Shown one piece after another: positions 35,208 to 35,209 of a stretch of DNA of 35,209 nt (the first letter of the stretch is position 1; the number at the start of each line of letters is the position of its first letter). Both the position numbers and the translations under genes were made by a program. This stretch comes from an uncultured virus (IMG/VR IMGVR_UViG_3300032087_003848) (Duplodnaviria > Heunggongvirae > Uroviricota > Caudoviricetes). Where the stretch lies: IMG/VR virus record IMGVR_UViG_3300032087_003848; one strand, 5' to 3'. The notes under the pieces were generated by a model. That model was not told where the DNA came from. It searched no databases and worked only from the letters and a program-made list of their open reading frames with translations.

Positions 35208-35209
35208 TT

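Larger units (their letters stand above)
1..35209. mobile_element. Genome fragment of a tailed archaeal virus (Caudoviricetes, siphovirus-like), probably a magrovirus of Marine Group II Euryarchaeota
   Basis: HK97-type capsid/protease/tail gene order together with archaeal-type primase, MCM-like helicase, XPF nuclease and ATP-dependent ligase; GAGGTG/GGTGA SD motifs; low GC; no cellular housekeeping genes. Host assignment is inference. Confidence 0.85.

Noticed and set aside
1..35209. tRNA/rRNA genes, CRISPR arrays, inteins, integrase, recoded stop codons, terminase/portal
   Set aside because: None detected by eye; intergenic gaps are too short, ORFs are intact in code 11 with all three stops used, and terminase/portal probably lie beyond the right edge

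Overview
This is an AT-rich, gene-dense fragment of a tailed dsDNA (HK97-fold) virus of archaea. The best-fitting host is Marine Group II/Poseidoniales (a 'magrovirus'); this is inferred from gene content and GAGGTG/GGTGA ribosome-binding sites, not from a database hit. Positions 1-5171 (+) are the end of an archaeal-type replication operon: fused PriS-PriL primase, XPF/ERCC4 nuclease, truncated MCM-like helicase, DEDDy exonuclease, and small unannotated ORFs including a TFIIS-like zinc ribbon. It converges at a hairpin/T-tract terminator (5156-5193) with a ~30 kb minus-strand morphogenesis region. In transcription order that region holds small head-region proteins, an extended ATP-dependent DNA ligase, prohead protease-scaffold, major capsid protein, decoration proteins, an inserted cluster, head-tail adaptor, tail terminator, tail tube, tail chaperone, tape measure, Dit-like, LamG, a 2298-aa hub and a fibre. 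No sheath gene is seen, so the tail is probably siphovirus-like. Top observations: (1) the inserted cluster is built around an Arf/Sar1-like small GTPase, with two membrane proteins, a Zn-finger protein and a WW-like protein, and is a candidate membrane-remodelling or egress system; (2) an MDWxxIHKMV motif is shared by the scaffold C-terminus and a separate small protein, a possible capsid-targeting signal; (3) the ligase sits among head genes and carries a degenerate LigD phosphoesterase-like domain; (4) the tail chaperone has an unannotated -1 programmed frameshift; (5) the TFIIS-like ribbon lacks the catalytic acidic pair.
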